From Octopus sinensis (lineage: Eukaryota), in contig NC_043022.1 in assembly GCF_006345805.1 (NCBI RefSeq), forward strand, positions 14,384,001 to 14,448,000: a stretch of DNA of 64,000 nt. The letters run 5' to 3'. Positions 26,351 through 41,482 of the stretch are shown piece after piece. Position 1 is the first letter of the stretch, and every line of letters begins with the position of its first letter. Made by a program: the position numbers and the translations under genes. The notes below the pieces were generated by a model. It was not told the origin of the DNA. It searched no databases and saw nothing but the letters and a program-made list of their open reading frames with translations.

Positions 26351-26416
26351 CAGGCATTGAGAGGAAGGCAGTGGATTGGGGGACGCTATGGATTTATTGT
26401 AATATTATTATACAAA

Positions 26417-26809
26417 CTAGCAGTATCGCTCGGCGTTGCTCGGGTTTGTTTTGACCCTTTAGAATTGGAATTTTTGAAAAGTAAAAATTTTGCATTATGT
26501 AGCTTGTTATTCTCTTTAAGTGAACATTTTTCTGGTTGAAATACACCGAAAAATGGTGACACAGCAGTCAAAAAATCGTAAAATATCGGGATTTTCATAG
26601 AAAAAAAGCACCTTTTTGATGTAAATAATTTTTGGTGTTAACATGGTCCGATTTGAATTTTTTTTCTATGGAATGAAGAGCAAGCTTTCTTCTATCATAC
26701 TCTCAATTTTGGTCAACTTGCGCCGTAGGGTCTTGGAGGAGATAGTGTTTGTTGAAGGCTACCAAACCTGCCATACACAGACAACATATGGCAGAGCTTT
26801 TCTAAAAGA
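26417..26809 (-). mobile_element. Non-autonomous Helitron, different interior
   Basis: Shares the terminal ~30 bp with the other two copies; 5' end approximate. Confidence 0.7.
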
Positions 26810-26888
26810 TACACAGGCGTGTTTTATAAATATGCCTGCTCAAATATGATAATAGCATGAAACTATTTGTAGCTTTTTCGGTCGTGTA

Positions 26889-26920
<32 letters not shown>

Positions 26921-27252
26921 CAAAATATAAAAAATACAAAATGGGCCAAGAACGCAAAACACTCAAATAGACGACACAAAAAACGGACGGGTCATTCGAA
27001 GCCTCTAATCTTCAGTCAAAAACCGGATCATCCTCGCAATTTCGGCTGATTAATCTTGAGATCGCTCCGATCCGGCCAGCCCCAAGGAAAAACTAATCTA
27101 CGAGCATTAGATTTCTTGGAAAAAGGATCGAATGTATACGAAACAAGGACAGAAAAACGGACGATGCTACACGAATATAAATACAAAAACAATAATAATA
27201 ATAACAGGACAAAAACAACAACAACAGGTGTTTTCGACTTTATACACACATA

Positions 27253-27470
27253 CAAGTGTGTGCTGAAAAGTTCCTGGCTTTGGGTGAAAGAAACTACAAG
27301 AGGGTCGGGGTTAATTATGATTTTATCCAACATATTCCCCTTCTCAGGTTCACTCATTTAATGTAGCAGTCCTTCGGTTTTTCTAAACCCTGTGGAAGAA
27401 GTCAGACGGCTGGACTTCCAACCTGGCCTTTCATGATACCTCTAAAGCCAGCAACTTTTCAGCACGCCCT
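27253..27470. mobile_element. Mariner-type MITE
   Basis: Inverted termini GTGCTGAAAAGTTCCTGGCTTT / AAAGCCAGCAACTTTTCAGCAC; TA flanks. Confidence 0.7.
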
Positions 27471-29280
27471 TAAATTTATAATTGTGTAGGTGACTGTGAT
27501 CACCGTGACCGACCAGGCTATCAGATGTTGCTATATATCGCTGGTCACAATGCGCTTCGCATTGTTTTAGCCTTCAAATGACGCCACCCCGCTGGCTAAG
27601 CGAGCAGACCAACAGAAGAAAGAGTGAGAGAAAGTTGTGGCGAAAGAGTACGGCAGGGATCACCACCATCCCCTGCTGGAGCCTTGTGGAGCTTAAAGTG
27701 TTTTCGCTCAATAAACACTCACAACGCCCTGCCCGGGAATCGAAACCGCGATCCTACGACCGCGAGTCCGCTGCCCTAACCACCGGGCCATTGTGTAGGT
27801 AGTTAGGAAAAATCCCCAGCTGTTTCTTCTTGAAGCACATCTGTCTATTGCGTTTTTTATAATCAATGTATCCATAGTAACCGTTTTACGTAAATCGAAA
27901 CACATTGAAATTGAGAATTTTGGAAATATTGTTTGCAGAGTTGTTGAATAACGAAACAGGACAACGGACATTTTTTTTTGGGGGGGGGTATTATTTATTC
28001 CCTGGACTGGCTCCCGTGCAGGTAGCACCACATAAAATCACCTTTTGAGCGTGGTCGTTGCCAGAACCTCCTGACTGGCCCTCGTGCCAGTGGCATGTAA
28101 AAGCACCCACTACACCCTCGAGTGGTTGGTGTTAGGAAGGGCATCCAGCAGTAGAAACTCTGCCAGAATCAGATTGGAACCTGGTGCAGCCTTCTGGTTC
28201 GCCAGTCCTCAGTCAAAATCGTCCAACTCATGCTAGCATGGAATGCGGACGTTAAACGATGATGATGATGATGATATATACATATATATATACATACATA
28301 TATATATATACATACATATATACACATACATACACACACATATATATATATACATACACACACACACATATACATATATATATAGTTGTAGTGCACCTGA
28401 GCACTGTACACAATTATTATTATTATTATTATTATATTATTATTATTATATATACATACATATACATTTTTATATACATACATATACATACACACATATA
28501 TATACATACATACATATATATATATACATACATTTATATATACACACATATATATATACACACACATATATGTATGTATCTATATATTCTTTTACTCTTA
28601 TACACCCACACACACTCAAAGATATACATATGCACACAGACCTCACACCTACACACACACACATTAAGATACACAGAGAAATAACGCAGCCACCTACACA
28701 CCCACGCACACATTCATCCGTACATCCACGACTGCCCCCCCACCCCCCATCCCACCGTCCTCCTCATCACTCGAGAAGCCTGATGATGTCACTCTAGCAG
28801 AGTGAATTACCGCAGTTAGTGTGTCTTCTTTACGCTGGTGCAGACATGTAGGTCACAAGTGCATGCATGCACATACGTTCATGCATGTGTGCACACGTAG
28901 TCTCTCTTTACTCTTTTACTTGTTTCAGTCATTTGACTGCGGCCATGCTGGAGCACCGCCTTTAGTCGAGCAATTCGACCCCGGGACTTATTCTATCGGT
29001 CTCTTTTGCCGAACCGCTAGGTGACGTAAACACACCAGCATCGGTTGTCAAGCAATGCTAGGGAGACAAACACAGACACACAAACACATACACACATATA
29101 CATATATATATATATACATATATACGACAGGCTTCTTTCAGTTTCCGTCTACCAAATCCACTCACAAGGCATTGGTCGGCCCGAGGGGTATAGCAGAAGA
29201 CACTTGCCCAAGATGCCACGCGGAACCCGGAACCATGTGGTTGGTTAGCAAGCTACTTACCACACAGCCACTCCTGCGCC

Positions 29281-29314
<34 letters not shown>

Positions 29315-30134
29315 TATTTCTTTATTGCTCAGAAGGGGTTAAACATAGAGGGGACAAACAAGGACAGACAAACGGATTAAGTCGATTATATCGACCCCAG
29401 TGCGTAAATGGTACTTTATTTATCGACCCCGAAAGGATGAAAGGCAAAGTCGACCCCAATATTAACAACAATAATAATAATAATAAACTATATTTCTTTA
29501 TGTATGCAACCACATGGATTTGCATACATAGATATACATACAGACACATAAATGGACCTGTGCACACACACACGTTTCTATTTCGAAAGACATATATAGG
29601 TAAAATATATGTATATTGAGTGTGTGTGTGTGTGTATGATATATAAAAAGAATATCTGTATATGTGTGTATATGTATGTATCTTTATATCAATATACACA
29701 CACATACAACACATATATATGTATGTATTTGTGAATGTATGTGTATGTATGTATATACACATATAAGCATGTACACACACACACACATACACACACATCA
29801 TCATCATCATTCAATGTCTTTTTTTCCATACTAACATGGATTGTTATACACAGATGTGCATGGATATATTTGTGTGTGTGTGTGTGCGCGCGTGTGTATA
29901 ATCAAAATAAGCAACAGGATATCCAGAGGTGATGCAGTACAACCATTTCAAGCGGCTCCATTTAATTGAACAATGCAATCATTACATCAGTTTAAATGCA
30001 GGGCTATCCTCAGTCGCATAAATAGATAAATAGAATTTTTAATCAGTTGGACACATTAATATAATTTTACTTAAATACTCTAATAGAGCAGGAAGATAGA
30101 CAAAGTCTGTGCTGCCACTACTGTAGCATAGAGG

Positions 30135-30165
<31 letters not shown>

Positions 30166-31868
30166 TACATATATGTATATATCTCATTTACTCATTTCAG
30201 TCATTTAACTGCGGCCATGCTGGAGCACCACCTTTAATCGAGCAACTCGACCCCGGGACTTATTCTTTTGTAAGCCCAGTACTTATTCTATCGGTCTCTT
30301 TTTGCCGAACCGTTAAGTAAAGGGGACACAAACACACCAGCATCGGTTGTCAAGCAATGCTAGGGGACAAACACAGACACACAAACGCATATATATATAC
30401 ATATATACGACGGGCTTCTTTCAGTTTCCGTCTACCAAATCCACTCACAAGGCTTTGGTTGGACTAAGGCTATAGCAGAAGACACTTGCCCAAGGTGCCA
30501 TGCAGTGGGACTGAACCCGGAACCATGTGGTTGGTAGACAAGCTACTTACCACACAGCCACTCCTGCGCTTATATATATAATTATTTAGACTTTGTGTGT
30601 ATGTCTATTAGTACGCCAATTAACTGATTAAAGCACTTTCACCGTTTAGGCTATCTGATGTCATCCAGAGTGCAGTGTTCACTTGGTTTATGATTGATGA
30701 GAGAAATAGGAAATGGATTTGGTACGAATCTTTATTCAATGCAACAATCATCTGGACCCATCCTGTGGCTGCCCATTACAGGTAGGATAATGTGTGTATA
30801 TCCTCCTACATATATTGAGTTTCTCCACATATGTTGTACTCTCTCGTAGTGGGATATCATCTAAATTGCTGTCTATGATTATATGCGAGATGGTGTAAGA
30901 ACCATCTGCTGGTATACTCTTTACTCTTTTACTTGTTTCAGTCATTTGACTGTGGCCATGCTGGAGCACCGCCTTTAGTCGAGCAAATCGACCCCGGGAC
31001 TTATTCTTTGTAAGCCCAGTACTTATTCTATCGGTCTCTTTTGCCAAACCGCTAAGTGACGGGGACATAAACACACCAGCATCGGTTGTCAAGCAATGCT
31101 AGGGGGACAAATACAGACACACAAACACACATATATATACATATATACGACGGGCTTCTTTCAGTTTCCGTCTTCCAAATCCACTCACAATGCATTGGTC
31201 GGCCCGGGGCTATAGCAGAAGACACTTGCCCAAGGTGCCACGCAGTGGGACTGAACCCGGAACCATGTGGTTGGTTAGCAAGCTACTTACCACACAGCCA
31301 CTCCTGTTGCAAAAAATAGGAATTAGAAGCAGTTCAAGAGATATAAAAAATATCAAACACGCATATACAGTGATATGTGTTTGATATTGTGACCGATAGA
31401 AAAAGTACTAGGCTTACAAAGAATAAGTCCTGGGGTCGATTTGTTCAACTAAAAGCGGTACTCCAGCATGGCCATAAATGACTGAAACAAGTAAAAGAAT
31501 AAAATAAATAAAAGATTATATCTATATGCATATATATACACTCATCATCATCATCATTTAGCGTCCGTTTTCCATGCTAGCATGGGTTGGACGGTTCTAC
31601 TGGGGTCTGTGAAGCTGGAAGGCTTCATCAGGCCCAGTCAGATCTGGCAGTGTTTCTACGGCTGGATGCCCTTCCTAACGCCAACCACTCCGTGTGTGTA
31701 GTGGGTGCTTTTTACGTGCCACCCGCACAGGTGCCAGACAGAGCTGGCAATGGACACGAACGGATGGTGCTTTTACGTGCCACCAACACGGGGGCCAGAC
31801 AGAGCTGGCAAACGATATATATATATATATATAATAAATAGTATTTATATATGTATATATATATATAT

Positions 31869-32276
31869 AAAGTTAATCCAAACATGAAAACACAAAGAGA
31901 AAACACAAAAACGCAAGGACGTGGACCAAGTATAGTGTTATTGGACGCTCAGGAAAGGAAAGAAAGAAAGAAGGAGGATTTAACATTTCGAGCGGAGCTC
32001 TTCGTCAGAAACATAGGAAAAGGAGAGATCCAAGGAAGGGAAGACAGAGGAAAAAAATCGCCAACGATACACACACGGTCACATATATATATATATATTT
32101 GGTGATTTTTTTCCCTCTGTCTTCCCTTCTCTGGATCTTTCCTTCTCCTATGTTTCCAACGAAGAGTTCCGCTCGAAACGTTAAACCCTCCTTCCTTCCA
32201 GAGCGTCCAATAATACTATATTTGTTCCACGTCCTCACGTTGTGTTTTTTTGTGCTTTCTTGTTTGGATTAACTTT
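31869..32276. mobile_element. Inverted pair of hammerhead elements (family H3)
   Basis: ~190 bp arms split by (TA)n; HHR motifs at 31978-32012 (-) and 32152-32186 (+). Confidence 0.75.
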
Positions 32277-32294
32277 GTATATATATATTATTCC

Positions 32295-33968
32295 TGGTCC
32301 GACAACTGCAGGAGAAGTACCTAGCTAAAGATAAACCCCTCTACATAGCTTTTGTAGACTTGGAGAAAGCCTTTGACAGGGTTCCCCGTTCCTTATCTGG
32401 TGGTCGATGCGGCGGAAACTGGAGATTGAAGAATGGCTAATAAGGGCTGTACAGGCTCTATACAGAGAGCTGTTAGCAAGGTTAGGATTGGCAACGAATA
32501 TAGTGAAGAATTCCGAGTAGAAGTAGTAGGTGTACACCAGGGCTCAGCCCTCAGTCCCCTTTTATTCATCATAGTCCTTCAGGCAATAACAGAGGAATTC
32601 AAAACGGGATGCCCCTGGGAGCTCCTCTATGCCATGACCTAGCTCTCATAGCAGAATCACTACCGGAACTAGAAGAGAAATTTCGGGTGTGGAAGCAAGG
32701 GTTGGAATCAAAGGGCCTTAGAATAAATGTAAGCAAAGACAAAGTATTAGTAAGCAGCAAGAGGTACTCAACACACATCCCCTCGGGTAGATGGCCCTGC
32801 TCAACCTGTAGGAAAGGTACAGGTAGAAACTCCATAAATGCACCCATGTAAGTTATGGACACATAAGAGGTGCAGCAACATTAAAGGGAAATTAACAGAT
32901 AAGATAGCTTTCATGTGCGGCAGATGCACAGGGACAATAGACACAACAGACACTCAGAAAACAGATTCCATCACACTCCAGGGAGAGAAACTAGAAGTAT
33001 TTGATAGTTTCCGCTACCTGGAGACCAAGTTAGTAGCGGAGGTGGATGCACAGAGAGTATCACCACTAGAATACGAATAGCCTGGGCAAAGTTCAGAAAG
33101 CTCCTACCCCTACTGGCAACAAAAGGCCTCTCCCTCAGAGCAAAAGGTAGATTGTAGATGCATGTGTGCGAACTGCCATGCTTCACGGTAATGAAACATG
33201 GGCTGTGACTGCAGAAGACATGCGTAGACTTGAAAGAAATGAAGCTAGCATGATCCGCTGGATGTGTAGTGTCAGTGTGCACACAAAACAGAGTGTAAGT
33301 ATCCTGAGAGAAATGCTGGATATAAGAAGCATCAGATGTGGTGTGCAAGAGCGACGCTTGCGATGGTATGGTCATGTGCTGCGGATGGATGAAGAGAGAT
33401 GTGTGAAGAAGTGCCACTCCCAAACAGTTGAAGGTATCAGGAGGAGAGGTAGACCCAGGAAGACATGGGATGAGGTGGTCAGCATGACCTCAGAGCATTG
33501 GGCCTCACTGAGGCAATGACGAAGGACCGAGATCTCTGGAGATATGCTGTGACTACAAAGACCCGGGGGGCTTTCTGCAGCAATTCCACATACCCCCTAC
33601 CCATTCTAAGTACCCCGGATCCCCAAAGTACCCCGGATCCCCAAAGTACCGGATCCCCAAAGTACCCCGGATCCCCAAAGTACCCCGATCCCCAAAGTAG
33701 TACCCGGACCTCGTTGCCCCCGTGCCGCTGACACGTTAAATGCTCGAACCGATCGTGACGATGCGGGACCCCTCCGGCCCCTGTGCAGGTGGCACGAAAG
33801 CACCCATCCACTCACGGGTGGTTGGCGTTAGGAGGGCATCCAGCCGTAGAAACTCTGCCAGATTCAGACTGGAGCCTGGAGCGGCCCCTGCTCCCAGACC
33901 CGGTCAAACCGTCCAACCCGTGCTAGCGCGGAAAGCGGACGTTAAACGATGATGATGATGATGATGAT
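32295..33968 (+). mobile_element. 5'-truncated RTE (BovB-like) LINE with 3' UTR and (GAT)n tail
   Basis: AFVDLEKAFDRVP, GVHQGSALSPLLF, frameshifted YADD region, Cys-rich insert, RLRWYGHVLRM, RGRPRKTW; several frameshifts. Confidence 0.92.
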
Positions 33969-35628
33969 GCATATATGGGTACAGTGGTGGTGGTGGTGGT
34001 AGTGGTGGTGGCAGCAGTAGTAGTGGTGAATGCAATACAGCGGTGATGTCAGTGGTGGTGGTGGCGGCAGCGGAGATATTGGTGGTGTTGATGGTGATGA
34101 TTGTAATGATGATGATGATGATGATGATGTTAATGACAATGCTATTGCAGGAGTTGGAAAAAAGAGTGAGGTAAGAGTGAGAGGGAGGGAGAAGAGGCAG
34201 AGAAAGAGGAACGGTTGCAGGATGGCGGTGGCGGTGTGGTGGCGGTGCAGCCTCGGTGGTGGGGGGGGTGGGGGTGGAAGGCTGCAGAGGGAGACTACCG
34301 TGAATGGTATTATTGATCAATTTCAATCAGGAAATTACCTTAATAACTGTTAAAGATTAATGACCATTCATTGGAGTCTGTGGGCTTTAGTGCCTTACCA
34401 GATAAACAGAGAGATTAATCCATTGCGGGGATTAGGGTTTGAGGGGATTACGGATTAACATTGTGTGTTGATTAGTAACTCTGGGATGTTTAGGTAATTG
34501 TGGTGGTGATGGTGGTGGAAGTAGCTGTGGTGGATGTGGTGGTGGTAGTTGTGGTGGTGGCAGTGGTGATAGTAGTAGTGGTAGTGGCGGCAGTGGTGAA
34601 GGTGGTAGTAGTGGCTGTGGTGGTGATAATGATGGTGATGGTGTTTGTTGTGGTGGTGGTGGATATGGTGGTCGTGGTAGTTGTGATAGTGGTGATGGTT
34701 GTGGTGGTTGCAGTGGTGGTGGTGGTGGCAGCGGTGATGGCAGTGGTAGTTGTGGTGGTGGTCATGGTCGTCGTGGTTGTGGTAGTGAAGGTGGTGATAA
34801 TGATGGTGATGGTGGTGGTGGTAGTGGAGGGGGTGGTTGTGGAGGGGGTGGCAGTGGTGGTGGTGGTTGTTATGCTTATTTTGTTGGTTGTTGTTGGTGT
34901 TTAACCACAAAGAAACAAAGAGAAGGAAAACAATGAGATAGACAGAAAGAAAGAAGGAAAGAATGAAAGACAGGCATTTTCTTTCTTTCTTTCTTTCTTT
35001 CTTTTTATTCTTCCTCCTTTCCTTCTTTTTTCCATCTCTTTCCTCTTCTTCTCCTCCTTCTGCCTCTTTCCCTCCTCCTTCTCATTCTTTTCCTTTCTTT
35101 CTTTCTCCTCCTCCTCTCCTTCTTCCTCCACGTCCTCCTCCTCTTCCTTCTCCTTTTGCTTCCTTTCTCCTTTTTTTTCTTTCTTCTCCTCCTCCTCCAT
35201 TTTGTCCCCACTATATTTAATGTCATAACTTTCCCTTAACTTAGCGTTCCCTGTAACTTAGCAGTTCGGCAAAAGAGACTGATGGAATAAGTACTAGGCT
35301 TACAAAGAATAAGTCCTGGGATCGATTCATTCGACTTTAAGGCAGTGCTCCAGCATGGCCACAGTCAAACGACTGAAATGAATAAAAGAGTAAAGAGGGA
35401 GTAACAACAGACAACACTCCAGCCCCTAAAACACAATTACAACATAGGCGCAGGTGTGGCTATGTGGTAAGCAGCTTGCTTACCAACCACATGGTTCCGG
35501 GTTCAGTCCCACTGCGTGGCACCTTGGGCAAGTGTCTTCTACTATAGCCTCGGGCCAACCAAAGCCTTGTGAGTGGATTTGGTAGACGGAAACTGAAAGA
35601 AGCCCATCGTATATATGTATATATATAT

Positions 35629-36033
35629 TCTTTTATTCTTTTACTTGTTTCAGTCATTTGACTGCGGCCATGCTGGAGCACTGCCTTTAATCGAGCAACT
35701 CGACCCCAGGACTTATTCTTTTGTAAGCCCAGTACTTATTCTATTGGTCTCTTTTGCCAAACCGCTAAGTAACGGGGACATAAACACACCAGCATCGGTT
35801 GTCAAGCAATGCTAGGAGGACAAACACAGACACACAAACACACACACGCATATATATATATACATATATACGACGGGCTTCTTTCAGTTTCCGTCTACCA
35901 AATCCACTCACAAGGCTTTGGTCGGCCCGAGGCTATAGTAGAAGACACTTGCCCAAGGTGCCACGCGGTGGGACTGAACCCGGAACCATGTGGTTGGTTA
36001 GCAAGCTACTTACCACAAAGCCACTCCTGCGCC

Positions 36034-36035
<2 letters not shown>
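35629..36035 (-). mobile_element. SINE family A, full length
   Basis: As above; abuts further partial copies at 35280-35615 and 36080-36260. Confidence 0.9.
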
Positions 36036-36094
<59 letters not shown>

Positions 36095-38455
36095 CTGTGT
36101 TTATGTCCCCCGTCCATTAGCGGTTCAGCAAAAGACACCAATAGAATGAGTACTAGGCTTACAAAGAATAAGTCCTGGGGGTCGATTCGTTCGATTAATA
36201 AAAGGCGGTGCTCCAGCATGGTCGCAGTCAAATGGCTGAAACAAGTAAAAGAGAAAAGAGAAATGACCACAAAACAAAAAAAAATAAACAAAACAACTCC
36301 ATATCTTTCCTCCCACTGCCACTCTCTCTATCACCTTGCTCCCTCCACCACACCATACCACCACCACCACCACCACCACCACTACTACTACTACTACTAG
36401 TAAATTAACCTGGAAGGCTATCTGATTAACGATGGCTGGAGAAGTCTCTCCGCTGCCCAGTTGGTGCGTCTCCATAGCAACTGTCAACATGCCCAGATAC
36501 AATGTCTCATCATCGGACATTTGATGGTGACCGTGGTGATGATGATGACGACGACGATGATGACGATGATGATGATGATGATGATGATGATGACAATGGC
36601 GGTGATGACAATGATGATGATGACAATGGTAGTGGTGGTGGTGGTGGTGAGGAGAACGGGGATGATCAGGATGATGATGATGGGGAGGTGATGGTGGTGG
36701 TGATGCTAATGCTGATGATAATGACGATGATGATGATGATGATGGTAGTGGTGATGAGGAGGAGAACAATGATGATGACCGGTGATGTCTCATCGCCATC
36801 AGACATTTGATAGTGGTAGTGATGTCGGTGAGGCTGATGATGATGAGGAGGAAGAGGGGGAGGAGGAGGAAGCAGAGAAGGAGGGAAGGACAATGTCGAT
36901 GATGAGAATGGAAGTTGATGGCACTGGTGGAGATGAAGATGATGATGATAATGATGGTAGTGGTGGTGGTGGTGGTGGTGGTAATGTTGATACCTCATTC
37001 TGTTTCCATTAGGGAAATCTCACAAGACATTGGTTGGCACATGTTATTGATAAAAGAAGACATTTGTCCAAGGTTCCATGCAGTGGGATTGAACCTGAAA
37101 CCATGCGGTTAAGAAACAAAAACCCGTTAATCACACAGCCATTCACACCTGCACCTAAATACCCCTTACATCTGTTTGAGTCATTAGACTGTGGCCATGC
37201 TGGGGCACGGCCTTGAATTTTTAGTTGAATGAATCAACCATGGTACTTATTCTATCATTCCCTTTTGCCAAACTGCTAAGTCACAGGGATGTAAACACAC
37301 CAACAGCGGTTGTCAAGTGGTGATGGGGGACAAAAACAGACACACACACATATATAAATGACGGGCTTCTTTCAGTTTCCGTCTACCAAATCCACTCACA
37401 AGGCTTCGGTCGGCCCGAGGCTATAGTAGAAGACACTTGCCCAAAGTGCCATGCAGTGGGACTGAACCCAGAACCATGTGGTTGGTAAGCAAGCTACTTA
37501 CCACACAGCCACTCCTGCAACTATTGTCTATTTTTTCTTTATTTCGTTTTTTTTCCTTTTTATTTGTTTCGGTCATTGGTCAGCGGCCATGCTGGGGCAG
37601 TGCCGTGAAGGGGTCTAATCAAGTAAATTGACCCCAGTTCTTATTTTTCAAGTTCGGTCTTTATTCTGTTGGCCCCTTTTGCCAAACCCATCTGTTATGG
37701 GACTTAAACAGACCTACACTAATTAATTGGTGTGGGGACACATACACACATGTTTATATGAATGGCATCTTGGTCCCTAGGAAAAATGAATAAGTTCCAT
37801 AACCATTTCAGGAGACAAATACCTGGGTACCAAATATTCAAAAAAGCCATTTGTACAAGAACTGAAGACTCTGATAGCATCTGGTCATCAAGATTCTCTG
37901 TGGCAGATGAAGATGGTCAGTAGAGTGTGGCAGTCATATGAGAGGGTGGGGAAATGATGTTGATGATGATGATGATGATGATTGGAAGTGTTATCATGTA
38001 CATTGTTTTGTCTTGGTATAAAAGATGGGCTACAGCAAATATTCTGCTCAATACCACAGATTTGCTTGTCAGTTGCTTGACCTTAAGCAGTTGAGCATGT
38101 CCCTTAGTGGCTGACGATATGTGCATCTCTGATCATGAGCAGAAGTAGTGGGGGAGCATCATAGCCATGTGTTAAGAGGGATTCTTTGGGGTTTGAATAA
38201 TTTACCTCTGGAAACATGGGTGTTTCGTTCAACATCCTTAAACAACCCTTATTCAGGGACCTTTTGAGCGGGGTAGGTTACTCGACCAGAAGAAAATTCT
38301 AACTGGGCCCCACCTGCAAGGTCATGTGCTGTTTATCTTCATATGAGATTACCATGTCGCACACATATGGTTGTGAGGCATGTGCCTGGTGTACACTGGG
38401 CTTCGTATATTTGTACCCCAGTGTCACTTTGAAGGCATGCACTGCTCTCTCACCC

Positions 38456-38486
<31 letters not shown>

Positions 38487-38714
38487 TTATGGTGATGATG
38501 ACAACGATGATGATAGTAATGATGATAGTGATGATGATGAGGAGGGGTGGTCGTCGTCATGGTGGTGGTGGGGAAGAGAACAACAATGACGATGATGATG
38601 ATGGTGGTGGTGGTGATGATGTTGATGATAGTGATAGTGGTGGTGATGATGATGATGAGAGAGGGGAGAGAGATCAGAGATTATGATGATGACAAAATGA
38701 GTGATGACAGAAGA

Positions 38715-38746
<32 letters not shown>

Positions 38747-39575
38747 CAGCGGGAAAGATACAACAAGGCTGAGAGATGGAAATGCTGTGGGAAAGATGAG
38801 AGAGATGAATGATGATGATGATGATGAGGATGAGGAGGAGAGATGATGGTGCTGGTGATGATGATGACACAGAAGGGAAAAAGACACGATGAGGATGGGA
38901 GATGGAGATGCTGAGGGAGAGATGATGTAAGTGGGGTAAGTAGGCAGGTAGGTCAATAAGGTAGATAGATAAGGGGAGGGGTCAAAAAAAAGAGAAAGAG
39001 AGAGAGATGAGAGTAATCCTAAAGGGGAAATAATAACACTAGATCGATTGCTGTTCTTGCCAAGGGCCTACAATAAGAGGACCCTAAAGGGGATTCTGGT
39101 AACATCCGGTAAGATATTTAATATATATTACACCGAAAGTCTTCAATTCCATCAACAGAAGGAAAAAGAAAAGCTAAATCATACAAGGAAGAGACTTTGG
39201 CCATATTCCTTGGTTTCCTTACTTCTTTCTTTCTTTCTTTTTATTGTTCCCTGACTTAACAAGATTGTTAGAACTGTTAATTAAGCAGAAACAATATAAT
39301 AACGATCTCACACAACACACACACACACACACATAGATACACTCATATATACACTCATATATACACACACTCATGTATACACATTCACAGAAGTATATAT
39401 ATATATATGTATGCATGTGTATGTATATATATATATATATGTTTCGACCCTTTAGAATTGGAATTCTATATATATATATATATATTATATATATATACAT
39501 ATGATATAGATATATGCATATATATATATATATATATATATTTGTGTGTGTCTATATGTACATACACACATACAC

Positions 39576-39618
<43 letters not shown>

Positions 39619-40058
39619 CACGTGTGTATGTATGTATACTGGTTGTATGTATGTATAAACCATGCATACAATTATATAAACATTTGTCATGCATTTATGT
39701 AACACGCATACACACACACATACACATACACATACATGCATTCATAGACACATACGCAACACACACACACACACACGTCGGGGGGGGGGGAAGAAAGACG
39801 ACGCAAAAATAATGTAGAGAAACAAAAAAAAATAATAAATAAATAAATAAAAAGCAGAACAAACAAACAAACAACGGAAGAGGACAAAAAGGGGGGGGGA
39901 GGAGGAGGGTCGTACTAATTCCTCTGCCTCTCACTTTCACTCCTACCTATTCCGCGCTCCTCTTACTCCTCCTCCCGTTCATAAACATGCTTGTTTCTCT
40001 GAGAGTAAGGAACTAAAGAGAGTGTGAGAGAGAGGGGGGGTGGAAGGGTTACGAAGGT

Positions 40059-40089
<31 letters not shown>

Positions 40090-40229
40090 ACGGGTAGAGG
40101 GTGGGGGTGGGGGGACACCGTAGATCCAGAACACGTCAACAACAGGTTTTATTTAACAATATCGCAATTAACACAAAAAGATAATTAGTTTAGAACTCTG
40201 TTCATTCCCGAAAAAAAATCACGCACACA

Positions 40230-40302
40230 TACACATACACACTCTCTCTCTCATACACACACACTGCTTTTCTCCCCTTTTCTCTCTCGTACACACACAC
40301 TC

Positions 40303-40333
<31 letters not shown>

Positions 40334-40348
40334 TACACACACACACTT

Positions 40349-40384
<36 letters not shown>

Positions 40385-40498
40385 TATCTGTCTCTCTCTT
40401 TCACACACACACATACACACACTTTCTCTCTCTCCCTCTCTCGTACACACACACACACTATCTCTCTCTTTCACACACACACACACACACAACACACT

Positions 40499-40535
<37 letters not shown>

Positions 40536-40832
40536 TTTCTCTCTATCCCTCTCTCTCACACACACACACACTTTCTCTCTATCCCTCTCTCGTACACACA
40601 CACACACACACTTTCTCTCTCTCTCTCTCTCACACACAACACACCACTTCTCTCTCTCCCTCTCTCGTACACACACACACACTATCTCTCTCTCTTTCAC
40701 ACACACACACACACACACACTTTCTCTCTCTCTCTCTCTCTCTCTCACACCACACACACTTCTCTCTATCCCTCTCTCTCACACACACACACACTTTCTC
40801 TCTATCCTCTCTCGTACACACACCCCACACTT

Positions 40833-40864
<32 letters not shown>

Positions 40865-40904
40865 TTTTCTCTATCCCTCTCTCGTACACACACACACACA
40901 CACT

Positions 40905-40936
<32 letters not shown>

Positions 40937-40975
40937 TTCTCTCTCTCTCCCTCTCTCTCTTACACACACACACTT

Positions 40976-41014
<39 letters not shown>

Positions 41015-41055
41015 ATCTGTCTCTCTCTTTCACACACACACACACACACACACTT

Positions 41056-41087
<32 letters not shown>

Positions 41088-41175
41088 TTTCTCTCTCTCC
41101 CTCTCTCGTACACACACACACACTTTCTCTCTCTCTCTCTCCCCCTCTCTCTTTCACACACACACACACACACAC
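40230..41175 (+). repeat. (CT)n/(CA)n compound repeat
   Basis: Alternating tracts with CTCTCGTACACA landmarks. Confidence 0.95.
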
Positions 41176-41482
41176 GCTTGCATATACCCAGAAGATGAAA
41201 CTAAAACAATTTCTCTCAACGTAAACACTGACCTTCAGAAAAAAACAACAACTATTCTGAGGATAACTGTTTCTTTCTACTCTAGACACAAGGCCAGAAA
41301 CTTTAGGGGAGGCAGAAAGTCGACCCCATCGACTCTATTGCTCAAATGGTACTTATTTCATCGACCCCAAAAAGCGCAATCGACCTCGGCGGAATTTGAA
41401 CTCAGAACGAAACGATAGACGAAAATACTGGAAGACATTTGGTCCAGTTCCAGCCCGCTGCCTTTAAATAATAATAATAATA

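Noticed and set aside
26925-27200. Hammerhead in the repeat shared with 54445-54625 (CTGAAGA..TTCGAATG)
   Set aside because: No GAAA, stem I does not close, and the alternative core reads CTCAAGA in both copies.
34030-38870. Gly/Asp/His-rich ORFs resembling biomineralisation proteins
   Set aside because: (GGT/GAT)n low-complexity tracts without splice or codon evidence.
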